The notes beneath the pieces are model-generated. The model was not told the DNA's origin, did not search any database, and was given only the letters and a program-made list of their open reading frames with translations. This document shows positions 38,212 through 48,409 of a DNA stretch of 64,000 nt, one piece after another. Every line of letters begins with the position of its first letter. The stretch's first letter is position 1. The DNA comes from Alphaproteobacteria bacterium (GTDB taxonomy: Bacteria; Pseudomonadota; Alphaproteobacteria; RF32; CAG-239), in the NCBI GenBank assembly GCA_017480745.1, contig JAFUSA010000005.1, forward strand, positions 4,462 through 68,461, in the 5' to 3' direction. Both the position numbers and the translations under genes were made by a program.

Positions 38212-39864
38212 ATGTCTGATAATACCTTAAACCCTAATTCTAAATTTATATTCATTACCGGAGGAGTTGTATCTTCTTTGGGTAAAGGGCTGACTTCTGC
38301 CTCATTGGCTTCAATTTTGCAAGCACGCGGATATAAAGTTCGTCTGCGCAAGCTTGATCCATATTTGAATGTTGATCCGGGCACAATGAATCCTTGTCAA
38401 CATGGTGAAGTATTTGTTACCGATGATGGAACAGAGGCCGATTTAGATTTAGGACATTATGAGCGATTTTCTAACGTGCCGGCCAAACGCACTGATAGCA
38501 TTACCACCGGGAAAATATACTCACGCGTTATTGAAAAAGAACGTCGCGGATTTTATTTAGGTTCAACTATTCAAGTTATTCCTCATGTTACAAATGAAAT
38601 TAAAGACTTTATATTATCAGATATTACCGATGAAGATTTTGTGTTGTGTGAAATCGGGGGTACGGTTGGTGATATTGAAGGTCAGCCATATTTGGAAGCC
38701 ATCAGACAAGTTGCTTATGAATTAGGACGTGAGCGCACAATGTTTATTCATGTAACATTGTTACCATATATTCCGACTGCCGGAGAACTCAAAACAAAAC
38801 CAACGCAACACTCAGTAAAAAAATTGCAGGAATACGGTATTCAGCCGGATATGATTTTATGTCGCACCCAAATGGCTATACCGGAAAACGAAAAACGCAA
38901 ATTAGCTTTGTTTTGCAACATCAAAGAAGAAAATGTTATCACCGCTTTGGATGCCGCCAGTATTTATCAGGTTCCGTTGGCATATTCGGCCGAAGGAATT
39001 GATAGACAGGTGTGCAAACATTTTAATCTGCCATACGATAAACCGACAGATTTGAGCAAATGGCAAAAAATCGTCGATATTCTCAAATCTCCGGAAGGCG
39101 AAGTCAGAATAGCGGTTGTCGGCAAATATATGATGTTGTTGGAAGCATATAAATCTTTGCACGAAGCTTTAATACACGGTGGCATCGCTAATCATTATAA
39201 AGTAAAAATTAAATGGATTGATGCCGAAACTTTGGAAACACAAAATCCTGATGAAATTTTAAACAACGTTAGTGCCATTCTTGTCCCTGGAGGATTTGGC
39301 CTACGAGGCACACAAGGAATGATTAACGCCGTTAAATATGCCCGTGAAAATAAAGTTCCTTTCTTAGGTATATGCTTTGGAATGCAAATGGCCGTTATCG
39401 AAACAATGCGTAATTTATGCGGCATCAAAAACGCCAACACCACCGAGCTTGATGAAAACTGCGAACCTGTAATCGGATTAATGACGGAATGGAATAAAGA
39501 CGGAGCAAAACAAATTCGCCACAAAGACGGTGATTTGGGCGGAACTATGCGCTTGGGCGCCTACCCTTGCCGCTTGAAGAAAGATTCCAAAGCGGCACAA
39601 ATTTATGGCACTGATGAAATATCCGAACGTCATCGCCACCGCTATGAAGTAAATATAAAATATAAAGACATGCTTAACAAAGCCGGAATGAGCATAACCG
39701 GGTTATCACCGGAAGGTGAATTGCCTGAAATAGTGGAAAGGCCGGATCATCCGTGGTTTATCGGTGTTCAATTTCATCCGGAATTAAAATCTCGCCCGTT
39801 TGCTCCGCATCCGCTGTTTGTATCGTTTGTTAAGGCGGCAATAGATAATTCTCGTTTGTTATAA
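38212..39864 (+). CDS. pyrG: CTP synthase
   Basis: [16 protein letters not shown] at the N-terminus. GICFGMQ glutaminase motif. I prefer the ATG at 38212 over the upstream alternative start at 38194. Confidence 0.92.
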   Translation: MSDNTLNPNSKFIFITGGVVSSLGKGLTSASLASILQARGYKVRLRKLDPYLNVDPGTMNPCQHGEVFVTDDGTEADLDLGHYERFSNVPAKRTDSITTGKIYSRVIEKERRGFYLGSTIQVIPHVTNEIKDFILSDITDEDFVLCEIGGTVGDIEGQPYLEAIRQVAYELGRERTMFIHVTLLPYIPTAGELKTKPTQHSVKKLQEYGIQPDMILCRTQMAIPENEKRKLALFCNIKEENVITALDAASIYQVPLAYSAEGIDRQVCKHFNLPYDKPTDLSKWQKIVDILKSPEGEVRIAVVGKYMMLLEAYKSLHEALIHGGIANHYKVKIKWIDAETLETQNPDEILNNVSAILVPGGFGLRGTQGMINAVKYARENKVPFLGICFGMQMAVIETMRNLCGIKNANTTELDENCEPVIGLMTEWNKDGAKQIRHKDGDLGGTMRLGAYPCRLKKDSKAAQIYGTDEISERHRHRYEVNIKYKDMLNKAGMSITGLSPEGELPEIVERPDHPWFIGVQFHPELKSRPFAPHPLFVSFVKAAIDNSRLL

Positions 39865-39873
39865 GGACATATT

Positions 39874-41172
39874 ATGAAAATAGCCATTATCGGAACAGGT
39901 TATGTAGGTTTACCATCGGGTGTAGGGTTTGCCGAGTTGGGCAATGAGGTATGTTGTATTGACAACAACCTACAAAAAATAGAAAAATTGCAAAACGGTG
40001 AACTGACAATTTATGAAGACGGATTGCAAGAGTTGTTTGAACGTAATTTGCAAAACGGACATCTGCGATTTACGTCGTCCATGCGGGAAGGTGTTGAAAA
40101 TGCCGACTTGATAATTATTGCCGTTGGCACACCGCCACATCCTATCACCAAAGAAGCCGATTTACAATACATAGAAGCTGCGGCAGAAGAATTGGCACAA
40201 TTTTTAAACAAATATACCGTCGTGGCCACAAAATCTACCGTGCCGGTAGGAACTGGCGATAAAATAGAACAAATAATATCGCGGATTAATTCTAAGGCCG
40301 AAGTTGATGTTATATCTTTGCCGGAATTTTTACGCGAAGGATTTGCCATTCATGATTTTTTTGCGCCAGATCGAATAGTTGTCGGCACAGAGTCGATAAG
40401 GGCTCGTAAACTTATTGCTGAGTTGTATAAAGATTTTACAACAACAAAGATTCTTTATGTAAACCGTCGTTCAAGTGAAACAATTAAATATGCCTCTAAT
40501 GCGTTTTTGGCCGTAAAATTGAACTATATCAATGAATTGGCTGATTTTTGCGAAAAAGCCGGAGCCGATATTGATGAAGTGGCCGCCGGAATGGGGGCAG
40601 ACAGCCGCATCGGACATAAGTTTTTGCGTGCCGGCCCAGGTTTTGGAGGGAGCTGTTTTCCCAAAGATACCAATGCGATGTCATTTATGGCTCACCAATT
40701 CGGTATATCTATGCCCCTGATTGATACAACCATTGCCGAAAATGAAAAACGCCAACTTTCTATGGCTGAACGTATTTTAAGCCACACAACCACTGATTCG
40801 GCCCAAATTGCCGTTTTAGGCTTGGCATTTAAAAACGGCACAGATGATTGTCGCACAAGTCCGGCAATTAACATCGTTAAAGAAATGCTTAAACATAATC
40901 GCAATATCTCCGTATATGATCCAAAAGCCATGGCTTCGGCACAAACATTGTTAGGAAATGAGGTAACTTATGCCGAAAATGCCTACCAAGCGGTAGAAAA
41001 AGCCGATGTAGTGACAATTTTAACCGAATGGAATGATTTTAAGCTATTAAATTGGGAAAAAATTGCAAATCTGATGAACCAAAGGATTGTAGTTGATTTA
41101 CGCAATATTTTAGATGAAAAAATTTTGCTTCAAGCCGGATTTAAATATTACCGCATCGGTAAAAAAATGTAA
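39874..41172 (+). CDS. ugd: UDP-glucose 6-dehydrogenase family protein
   Basis: MKIAIIGTGYVGL Rossmann start. GGSCFPKD catalytic Cys motif. Confidence 0.85.
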   Translation: MKIAIIGTGYVGLPSGVGFAELGNEVCCIDNNLQKIEKLQNGELTIYEDGLQELFERNLQNGHLRFTSSMREGVENADLIIIAVGTPPHPITKEADLQYIEAAAEELAQFLNKYTVVATKSTVPVGTGDKIEQIISRINSKAEVDVISLPEFLREGFAIHDFFAPDRIVVGTESIRARKLIAELYKDFTTTKILYVNRRSSETIKYASNAFLAVKLNYINELADFCEKAGADIDEVAAGMGADSRIGHKFLRAGPGFGGSCFPKDTNAMSFMAHQFGISMPLIDTTIAENEKRQLSMAERILSHTTTDSAQIAVLGLAFKNGTDDCRTSPAINIVKEMLKHNRNISVYDPKAMASAQTLLGNEVTYAENAYQAVEKADVVTILTEWNDFKLLNWEKIANLMNQRIVVDLRNILDEKILLQAGFKYYRIGKKM

Positions 41173-41227
41173 AATCATGTTGAAAATAATTTAAAAATAG
41201 TATAGTAAATAGAGCAAGGAGATTAAA

Positions 41228-41659
41228 ATGAGTGATGAATACATAAAATCTTTAAGCCAAGAAGAGAGAATTGTTTTTTTGAAATTGTTCTGCAAATTAA
41301 TTAAAGCAGATGGCGTAATTGACGCAGATGAGATTACATTTTTAAAATCTATTACCTCTCGCTACGGCATGGATAACAGCGTTGTGGTATCTATTGTTAG
41401 AGATTCCAATGCCATAAATATTGAAAATGAAGCTCGCAAAATTACCGATCGAAGGAAAGCTTTGCACCTTGTTCATGAGTTGTGTATGCTCGCTAATTTG
41501 GATGAAGATTTACACGAAAATGAATTGGATATAATTATTGACGCTTCTCGCGCCATGGGAATTGAAGATGATAAAGTTATTTTGATTAATCGTTTTGTGT
41601 TAGACAGTTTGATTTTGGCTAAAACCGGACGAGTTATTATGGAAGAAGACAATGGATAA
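41228..41659 (+). CDS. TerB-like (tellurite resistance B / DjlA N-domain-like) protein
   Basis: 143 aa. Repeated pattern L..LIKADGVIDADEI.FL and ..ANLDEDLHENELDII typical of the TerB fold. Confidence 0.5.
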   Translation: MSDEYIKSLSQEERIVFLKLFCKLIKADGVIDADEITFLKSITSRYGMDNSVVVSIVRDSNAINIENEARKITDRRKALHLVHELCMLANLDEDLHENELDIIIDASRAMGIEDDKVILINRFVLDSLILAKTGRVIMEEDNG

Positions 41660-42119
41660 GCAAGAATTGAAAAAAGCTCTGCAAGAACAATGCGAACCGT
41701 TTGCCGAAAGCGTTCGCAAGAAGATAGAGTATTTGCAGAGTGATGAAGTTTTTTCCGTTGATGAGCAAGACGATTTTCTACCGGAAGAAGATTTATCTTT
41801 GGAAGCCGCTTTCGATTTGGCTATGCTTAACGAACCGAATGTGGTTAAATATGACGACCCGTTATCCGGCGCGCGCAATCAGCCGATGGAAAGGCGTGGT
41901 TCAACATATTCTGCACCAGCGGCTTCAAAGCAATCAACAACACCGGAAAGCTCGAGTGTGTTTGATATGTTTAAGGAAAACAATATTCCAACCTCCGTAT
42001 ATGTTAATACCACACCTACGCAACAAAGTATAAAGGAAAACAGGCAGAGTATTGCTGCAAAAATAGCTGCTTTGCGCGGAATATCTGTTCCTGACAACTA
42101 TTTGAACAAGAAAAATTAA
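41652..42119 (+). CDS. Hypothetical protein, translationally coupled to the TerB-like gene
   Basis: 155 aa. The ATG overlaps the upstream stop by 8 nt. Acidic N-terminal half, Ser/Thr/Pro-rich centre. Confidence 0.4.
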   Translation: MDKQELKKALQEQCEPFAESVRKKIEYLQSDEVFSVDEQDDFLPEEDLSLEAAFDLAMLNEPNVVKYDDPLSGARNQPMERRGSTYSAPAASKQSTTPESSSVFDMFKENNIPTSVYVNTTPTQQSIKENRQSIAAKIAALRGISVPDNYLNKKN

Positions 42120-42169
42120 ACTTATACTAAGAGAACTGCCGGCTAATTCAAGCCGGCAGTTTATCCGTA

Positions 42170-42826
42170 TTAATACGATGAACTATGTGCAGAATCAAAA
42201 TTTTTAACATCAACGAAAAAAGTTAAATCATACGAGCTATGATTTGCAAGGTCTTCACATATTGTGTTAGCTAACTCTAAATCAACCGGTGTTACCGCAT
42301 GTTTATGCTCACCACCTCCAATATAAGCTCCGACAGCGGTAATATTGGCAGTACTCCAATCCTGACTGACTATTTCAATACAAGCTTCTTGCGGAATGGA
42401 GCCTACATAAATCATAAAACCGTCTAATCCAATATAACCGCCGTCATCTTGCAGAGATACTGCATTTCCAAATGCTCCGGTAATTGCAGTAATTTTACCG
42501 GTAGCACTATCAACTGTTACCATCTCATCAGGGAATATTTTGGCTTTTTTAACTATCGGACAGCCATCTTTAGAAGATTGACCAGAGCAACCGGCACTAT
42601 AGCAATAACAATACACCCCATCATAATTTCTCTGATTTGAAAAAAATGTTCGCACATTTCCGGCAATGAGTGTTATTTGCTCAATGGTTTTGTTGATGCG
42701 ATACTTCATCATTGCCTTGCTGTATCCGGCGATTCCGCCAACAGAGAGAACACCAATTATAGCAAGAACTCCCAACATCTCAATCATTGAACGTCCGTTT
42801 TGATTTTTTATTTTTAAGTTATTCAT
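42170..42826 (-). CDS. Type IV pilin-like protein P4
   Basis: MNNLKIKNQNG|RSMIEMLGVLAIIGVLSVGGIAGYSKAM. Shortest (11 aa) leader peptide. Confidence 0.85.
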   Translation of the reverse strand: MNNLKIKNQNGRSMIEMLGVLAIIGVLSVGGIAGYSKAMMKYRINKTIEQITLIAGNVRTFFSNQRNYDGVYCYCYSAGCSGQSSKDGCPIVKKAKIFPDEMVTVDSATGKITAITGAFGNAVSLQDDGGYIGLDGFMIYVGSIPQEACIEIVSQDWSTANITAVGAYIGGGEHKHAVTPVDLELANTICEDLANHSSYDLTFFVDVKNFDSAHSSSY

Positions 42827-43066
42827 AGTAAACTTCCTTTCATCAAATTAGTTATTTCATTACAAAATTAACCGCCCACTGAGGCGGCCGGAAGTTGGAA
42901 ACTATACATAGAAATAGTGAGATCTATTTGATATAACCTATTCAATCTCCTTCCGACCAAAGTCGGAAACATTTTACGTTTAGACAACGCCTATGTAGAG
43001 GTTTCCACACCTCAGACGAGTTACCTCATCGTGGTTTTATTATACAATAAAAAATTTCAAAGTCAA
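42827..43066 (-). promoter_or_regulatory. Promoter plus type A structured leader (P4 copy)
   Basis: Minus strand: TTGACT (43061-43066), TGTATAAT (-10 at 43039-43044). H1 GAUGAG-GUAA-CUCGUC (43014-43031). Box (42888-42898). Hairpin CCGCC..GGCGG (42872-42887). SD (42831-42837). Confidence 0.75.
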
Positions 43067-43138
43067 ACATTTTTTTCAATTCGGCAAACTTTTGTAGCCC
43101 TACTCTATTTATTATCGATGCCTGCCCCAAAGCGGCTA

Positions 43139-43300
43139 CTATTCATCAAAGCGAACTATAAATTTTGCTGATTTTATTTGTTCTTCACTGAGTTCGGGCC
43201 ACCAAATATAAACAAAATCCGGTTGCCACAATTCAGTATATGAAAATATGGAGATATTGCTCCAAACGCATAATAAAGCTATAACAGATCTTGTGTACAT
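43139..43300 (-). CDS. Possible small ORF (53 aa), not in the ORF track
   Basis: ATG at 43300, 7 nt after GGAGAG. MYTRSVIALLCVWSNISIFSYTELWQPDFVYIWWPELSEEQIKSAKFIVRFDE. No homology is recognisable. Confidence 0.2.
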   Translation of the reverse strand: MYTRSVIALLCVWSNISIFSYTELWQPDFVYIWWPELSEEQIKSAKFIVRFDE

Positions 43301-43419
43301 TGTAACTCTCCGCTGCGGATATATGCCATGTTATGCAAAATTCAAGAGATTTACAAAATTATGCTTGACGAATAAAAAAATTATGCTATTTTTATTGTGG
43401 TTAAAAAAAGGAATATGAT

Positions 43420-44091
43420 ATGACAAGCAAAATTATCGTGTGGGATTTGGATAACACTCTATATCGTGAAACTCCGGAATTCCACGATTTGATGGATACT
43501 ATTACTGCCGAAGCGGCTATTGAAGATTTTCATTTACCTATGGATTTACAAACCGCTAAGGAAATAGTAACCGAATCTTATCGCACTTATCGCGATGGCG
43601 GCGAAATATTTATAAAAAAATACGGAATATCTCCAAAGGAAATGTTTGACGCATATCATAAACGCAAAGAAGATAACCTTGCTCCGATTAAACCATACGA
43701 CGGTTTGGCCGAAAAGATATCCGAATTAAAATGCCCGCAATACATTTTTTCAACAAGCTCTCATAACGCTTGTGAGGCCATTTTAAAACACATAGGATTA
43801 TATGATTTTTTTGCCGGAAGATTCTATTCGGTAGAAGAATTTGCCGCTTATAAAAAAAATGAAAGTGCCGATGTGTATTTGAAATTTTGCCAGGCAATTA
43901 ATGCCTCTCCTGAGGATTGTTTATTTATAGATGACAGCTATTCTAATTTGGAATGTGCAAAAAAAGCCGGTATGACCACAGTGCGCTTGTGTCACGGCAA
44001 ACAAAATAATAAGAGCACAGAGTATATTGACTATGCGGTAGATAATATTGATGATTGCCTGAGTTTCTTATTTGAATATTTCAAGTGCTAA
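43420..44091 (+). CDS. HAD-superfamily hydrolase (pyrimidine 5'-nucleotidase-like)
   Basis: IVWDLDNTLY (DxD motif I), FSTSS (motif II), IDDSYSN (motif IV). Confidence 0.65.
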   Translation: MTSKIIVWDLDNTLYRETPEFHDLMDTITAEAAIEDFHLPMDLQTAKEIVTESYRTYRDGGEIFIKKYGISPKEMFDAYHKRKEDNLAPIKPYDGLAEKISELKCPQYIFSTSSHNACEAILKHIGLYDFFAGRFYSVEEFAAYKKNESADVYLKFCQAINASPEDCLFIDDSYSNLECAKKAGMTTVRLCHGKQNNKSTEYIDYAVDNIDDCLSFLFEYFKC

Positions 44092-44771
44092 TCGCGACAA
44101 TATGACGCTTCTTTTTTGTAATTTTCAGTTGTATCAATACGAGAGTTTTGTTTTTCTAAATTTTTGCGAAAATCATTGAAGATTTGTTCAACCTTGTTCG
44201 TATATATTTGCACAACTTTCTGTTCGTCTGCTTCATAATTGTCTTTGGAAACAAATGGACCGTTTGTTTCTATATACTGTTGCAAATTATCTCTCATATC
44301 TTTTGCTGCATCTCTTAATGCCTGATGACCGAATTGCAAATGTGTTTGTTCGTGACGCATAGTCAGATTGAATTGACAGCTATCTTTTTTTAACCGATTG
44401 GATATATATACAACAGGCGTATATAGCAATTTTACTTCAATTTTTTTCGGATATGTGCAATAGCGCTCCGATTTTAGCATAACTGTTTCCGGATCTATGC
44501 TAACTGATGCGCGTGCCGAAAGCTGTGTTAATCCGCGAATACGTTCAACAACTCCATTCGGATTATCTTCCAAATAGATCTGTTTAATTTCGTCAGGACT
44601 TTTTTCATAATCATAATGCAAATCGCCATAATTATAAATTACCTCAATTTTGGGAGGATTTTCCGCCACCCAATTTTTACATTCTTTTACGGAATATTCA
44701 AAAGACGACGCCGCCCAACTTTGTAGGGAATATAAACAAGCGCACAATATCAAAATAAATAATCTACTCAT
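44088..44771 (-). CDS. Secreted putative zinc metalloprotease (HExxH, DUF922-like)
   Basis: Signal peptide MSRLFILILCACLYSLQSWA. The HEQTH motif sits in MRHEQTHLQFGH. Confidence 0.45.
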   Translation of the reverse strand: MSRLFILILCACLYSLQSWAASSFEYSVKECKNWVAENPPKIEVIYNYGDLHYDYEKSPDEIKQIYLEDNPNGVVERIRGLTQLSARASVSIDPETVMLKSERYCTYPKKIEVKLLYTPVVYISNRLKKDSCQFNLTMRHEQTHLQFGHQALRDAAKDMRDNLQQYIETNGPFVSKDNYEADEQKVVQIYTNKVEQIFNDFRKNLEKQNSRIDTTENYKKEASYCRD

Positions 44772-44871
44772 TTGAAACTACTCTGTTTATTTACAACATA
44801 TATAATTTAACACATATGTTTTAAATCTGCGTTAATATTTTTATACTATAATACTTTAAAATGAGGTTGTT

Positions 44872-45561
44872 ATGAAAAAATATTTATTTTTGTCTTGTCT
44901 GTTGTTTGTTTTAACACCGCTTGCCGTGGCGCAAAATGTTAATCGCAATACGGTTATGCCGGGATTCTTTGTTCCGAATAATGCTCTAACAACCACATCT
45001 TCTCCGGAAAATTTGCAAGCGAATCCCATGGCTCAATATAGGGGAAAGCAATTAAAAGATGTATATAATTTACAAACAGAAGAGCGAGAACAGCAAACAA
45101 TGCAACCGCAACAGTATTCAACCCAAAGCAATGCTCGGCAAAACACCGAACAAACTATTGCCGGCCCTATGCCGCAATCCGTTTCCTCAAACGATGCTTC
45201 AAACAATCAGAAGAGTTATGTGCGAGGTAGTTTTCAAGTTGAAAATGAGCCTTTTGAAGAAGAAACAAACAATTTTGAACCAGAATACAGCGAAGGTTTC
45301 AATAATGAAACGACTTCTTCGTCATATTCTGACATAAAATCTGAGGCTGATAAAATTCGCGAAGCACTTAAACATATGAGTGTTGAAGAATATATGCAGC
45401 AGTTAGCAAATGGTGGAACAAACGAACGTTCCGCAGTGTATGATAAAATTTTCAATGAATATGAACAAGACTTGGCAAGAATCAGTCAACACCAACCGGT
45501 TGCAAATGAACGTTTAGATAAGATGCTGTCCGATTATCACAATGAAGACAGACATTTATAG
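44872..45561 (+). CDS. Secreted Gln/Asn/Glu-rich hypothetical protein
   Basis: Signal peptide MKKYLFLSCLLFVLTPLAVAQ. Low-complexity Q/N/E/S-rich centre. Terminator at ~45582-45616. Confidence 0.45.
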   Translation: MKKYLFLSCLLFVLTPLAVAQNVNRNTVMPGFFVPNNALTTTSSPENLQANPMAQYRGKQLKDVYNLQTEEREQQTMQPQQYSTQSNARQNTEQTIAGPMPQSVSSNDASNNQKSYVRGSFQVENEPFEEETNNFEPEYSEGFNNETTSSSYSDIKSEADKIREALKHMSVEEYMQQLANGGTNERSAVYDKIFNEYEQDLARISQHQPVANERLDKMLSDYHNEDRHL

Positions 45562-45636
45562 AGCATATAAAAATAAACTTTTCCCGCTGACATAAAATGC
45601 CGGCGGGATTTTTTTTATAAAATAAAAATACTTTTT

Positions 45637-46047
45637 TTATTCTTTGATAATACTCAAGCTATCTTCTTTTTCGCCAACATAGGTAACAACAATTTCCGCA
45701 TCTTCGGAACCTGTGCTTTCGCCATAATGCCAAATATCAACTAATTCCACAATCGGGTCGCCTGGTTTTAAGACCAGCACATCACCGTTTTCTGAGCGAA
45801 CAGTTAATTCTCCTTTTGTTAAATACCCTATATTCAATATGGGATGTTTATGCATTGCTAATTTTTCACCGGCGGGAATAGTAATTCTCAACATTGTTAT
45901 TTGCGGATTATCAATATGAATAGGCTTAATCGCTTGCTTATTCCAATGCGAATCTGTCTGAATTAAGGTTTCCGAATTGGCGGCATACGCCCCTGATGAA
46001 ATAATAACGCCAACAAATAATAATAAAAGCCCCATATATTTTTTCAT
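45637..46047 (-). CDS. Cupin domain protein with signal peptide
   Basis: 136 aa. LAMHKHP...G.L.V....G......PGD pattern of the cupin barrel. N-terminal signal-like segment. Confidence 0.6.
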   Translation of the reverse strand: MKKYMGLLLLFVGVIISSGAYAANSETLIQTDSHWNKQAIKPIHIDNPQITMLRITIPAGEKLAMHKHPILNIGYLTKGELTVRSENGDVLVLKPGDPIVELVDIWHYGESTGSEDAEIVVTYVGEKEDSLSIIKE

Positions 46048-46134
46048 TGTAAATTCCTTTCTTTTTCTGCATAGAACCGCTTAGAGGATATCTTAAAAAA
46101 TTGTTGTTTGCAAGTATGCTGATAGTAGTATTCA

Positions 46135-47091
46135 CTAATAAGCCGCATTAAATTTAGTCTTCGGTTGCTTGCAACGTGGACACTTCCAATCTTCCGGCAA
46201 GTTTTCGAAAGCTACGCCATCATGTTCCGCTGGATCATAAACATATCCGCAAACCGAGCAAACATACTTTCCGCTTTTAGTTTTGAACGTTATATCTCCA
46301 ACCGGCAACGTTTTAGGCGGATTATTCAAATCCACTACACGCTTTGCCTCCAAATTTTCGTATCCCAAAGGCGTATGTGTTCCCATATAAATTGTGGGAT
46401 TTTTACTCACAAACTCACGCACGCGGTTTAAAGTTTCACGTGCCGCTGATAAATCTTCATAAACCACAGAAAGCTTGTCTGCATAAAGTGCTTCGTCAGT
46501 ATAAGTTATATCCCCTTGAAACATATAAAATAAACCGTCATTTTCTGCAACAACCAAACTATTGCCCTTAGTATGACCTTTGGCTTTGATATAATACACA
46601 CCATCAACAATTTTTTGACATTCCGGAAAATTATAATATGCGCCATCAGTAAATTTTACCGGCACAATATTCTTCAAATCTTTCAGCTCATCAGCATCAC
46701 ACTCTTCCTCATTAACATATATTTCAGCATTCGGAAAACTTTTCAGCTCTCCGGTATGATCATTATGTTTATGTGTTATCAATATTTTGCTTATCTGTTC
46801 CGGTTTATAGCCTAAATCATTAAGTGCTTCCATATATGATTTAATTGATTGCCCTATATAAATTGATGTATTTTCATCGGGCACTTGTTCAGGAAAATCG
46901 GCCGGCAAACCGGTATCTATCAAAATAACCTCATCTCCGGTATCAATCAAATAATTTTGTAGCCCCGAGCGATAGAGCTGTTTTGCGTCAAAGTTATTTT
47001 CCCCTTCTTCACCGCCAAATGCAAATTGCTGATTCATAAATCCGTTATTTCTAAATTTTATTGCTTTAATTTCCATTTTAGATATCCTCAT
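46135..47091 (-). CDS. Metallo-beta-lactamase fold hydrolase fused to a C-terminal rubredoxin domain
   Basis: [11 protein letters not shown] (HxHxDH) in the N-terminal ~260 aa. The C-terminal [23 protein letters not shown] has two CxxC knuckles of rubredoxin. The start could also be the ATG at 47076. Confidence 0.7.
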   Translation of the reverse strand: MRISKMEIKAIKFRNNGFMNQQFAFGGEEGENNFDAKQLYRSGLQNYLIDTGDEVILIDTGLPADFPEQVPDENTSIYIGQSIKSYMEALNDLGYKPEQISKILITHKHNDHTGELKSFPNAEIYVNEEECDADELKDLKNIVPVKFTDGAYYNFPECQKIVDGVYYIKAKGHTKGNSLVVAENDGLFYMFQGDITYTDEALYADKLSVVYEDLSAARETLNRVREFVSKNPTIYMGTHTPLGYENLEAKRVVDLNNPPKTLPVGDITFKTKSGKYVCSVCGYVYDPAEHDGVAFENLPEDWKCPRCKQPKTKFNAAY

Positions 47092-47756
47092 TTTTTCATT
47101 GTTGCCAAACGTTTACCCAATTCATAAGCTTTTTGCAAATCTTTGGGAAATTGCTCCTCTCGAACCTTCGCTTTATGTTCGGGATTGAATAAATCACAAT
47201 CATATTTAGAATAATCCGTGTATTGGAATGTATCAAAAGCATATAGAGTTTCACTATAACCAAATACTGCTCGTAAGCTCGCTTCGTTATCACTTAGAAC
47301 AGTGTCATAATGATGTTGTCTAAATTGTTCTTCCGTAGCATTCATTGTAAAAATCATTGCGGTAGGCAGTGTATGATTTAAAACACGTTTAAGACCGCCG
47401 TTTTCACTATCAATCATATATGTATGCGCCGGAAACATAAAACGTTCCATAAAAGCTCTACACATACCGCTCGGATAGCTGTGATAAACCGGAGATCCGA
47501 TAATTACTGCATCAGCATGCAAACATTTTTCCAAAACAGGGCGAAGATCATCTTTATAAAAGCACAAACCTTGTTGTTCAACACCTTTGCGTTTGCAAAT
47601 CAAGCAACTGATACAACCTTTATAATTCAGGTCATATAAATTAACAATTTCTACTTCCGCTCCAAACTCTTCAGCACCGCGTGCCGCTTCTTTCAATAGC
47701 TTTGCCGTATTAAAGTTTTTGCGCGGACTACCGTTTATGATCATTATTTTAGTCAT
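47088..47756 (-). CDS. Flavodoxin-like FMN reductase / iron-sulfur flavoprotein-like protein
   Basis: [13 protein letters not shown] start typical of NADPH-dependent FMN reductases. Cys cluster [12 protein letters not shown]. The stop overlaps the next start (ATGA). Confidence 0.55.
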   Translation of the reverse strand: MTKIMIINGSPRKNFNTAKLLKEAARGAEEFGAEVEIVNLYDLNYKGCISCLICKRKGVEQQGLCFYKDDLRPVLEKCLHADAVIIGSPVYHSYPSGMCRAFMERFMFPAHTYMIDSENGGLKRVLNHTLPTAMIFTMNATEEQFRQHHYDTVLSDNEASLRAVFGYSETLYAFDTFQYTDYSKYDCDLFNPEHKAKVREEQFPKDLQKAYELGKRLATMKK

Positions 47757-48210
47757 TTTTGTTCCTTTCTTTTGTTCCTTCCAAGGCTTTGTTAAGCAAT
47801 TTTTTCATTGTTATCATTTCATCATAAGTTAAATGAATACAGCCATCAAGGACTTGCGGAATATCCACCGCTTTTTCTTTTAATTTGCTACCGTTTTCGG
47901 TTAAAGAAATCTGCAAGACACGTTCATCGGCTTTCAAGCGCTCACGGCGGACAAATCCTGATTTTTCCAGCTTTTTCAAGACAGGTGTTAAAGTGCCGGA
48001 ATCAAGATAAATCTTTTCACCCAAGCTTTTTTCTGACATCGCGCCATATTCCCACAATACCATCAGTACAATGTATTGCGTATAGGTTAAGCCAATCTTT
48101 TCCAAGGGCTTACGATATATTTTAATAACCTCTTTGGCACAGGCATAAAGCGGAAAACACAATTGGTTTCCGAGCTTTAAGACTTCAGATTTGTCCGCTG
48201 ATTTAAGCAT
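47749..48210 (-). CDS. MarR family transcriptional regulator
   Basis: LTYTQYIVLMVLWE..MSEKSLGEKIYLDSGTLTPVLKKLEKSGFVRR winged-helix region. The ATG at 48210 overlaps the upstream TAA (TAATG). Confidence 0.8.
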   Translation of the reverse strand: MLKSADKSEVLKLGNQLCFPLYACAKEVIKIYRKPLEKIGLTYTQYIVLMVLWEYGAMSEKSLGEKIYLDSGTLTPVLKKLEKSGFVRRERLKADERVLQISLTENGSKLKEKAVDIPQVLDGCIHLTYDEMITMKKLLNKALEGTKERNKND

Positions 48211-48392
48211 TATTTTTTCGCCGGTTCCCATTTGCAACGAACAGGTGAAACAATGCTGCCCTCTTTCTTTAATTCGGCAAATGCCTTATCCACGGCTTTG
48301 CGGTCAAGTCCGGACATTTCAGCTACTTTACCGGCATTAACCGGCTCACCTGCTTTTTTCATTGTTTCTAAGACAATTTCTTTATCAGTCAT
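48210..48392 (-). CDS. Small winged-helix-like DNA-binding protein (60 aa)
   Basis: MTDKEIVLETMKKAGEPVNAGKVAEMSGLDRKAVDKAFAELKKEGSI resembles a minimal wHTH. Translationally coupled to the MarR gene. Confidence 0.4.
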   Translation of the reverse strand: MTDKEIVLETMKKAGEPVNAGKVAEMSGLDRKAVDKAFAELKKEGSIVSPVRCKWEPAKK

Positions 48393-48409
48393 AATTTTTT
48401 CCTAAAAAA

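Noticed and set aside
46135-47091. Flavodiiron (flavorubredoxin-type) O2/NO reductase
   Set aside because: The metal-binding motif is HKHNDH (HxHxDH, hydrolase type), not the HxExDH of flavodiiron proteins. No flavodoxin domain is fused. Only the module combination across two genes is reminiscent.
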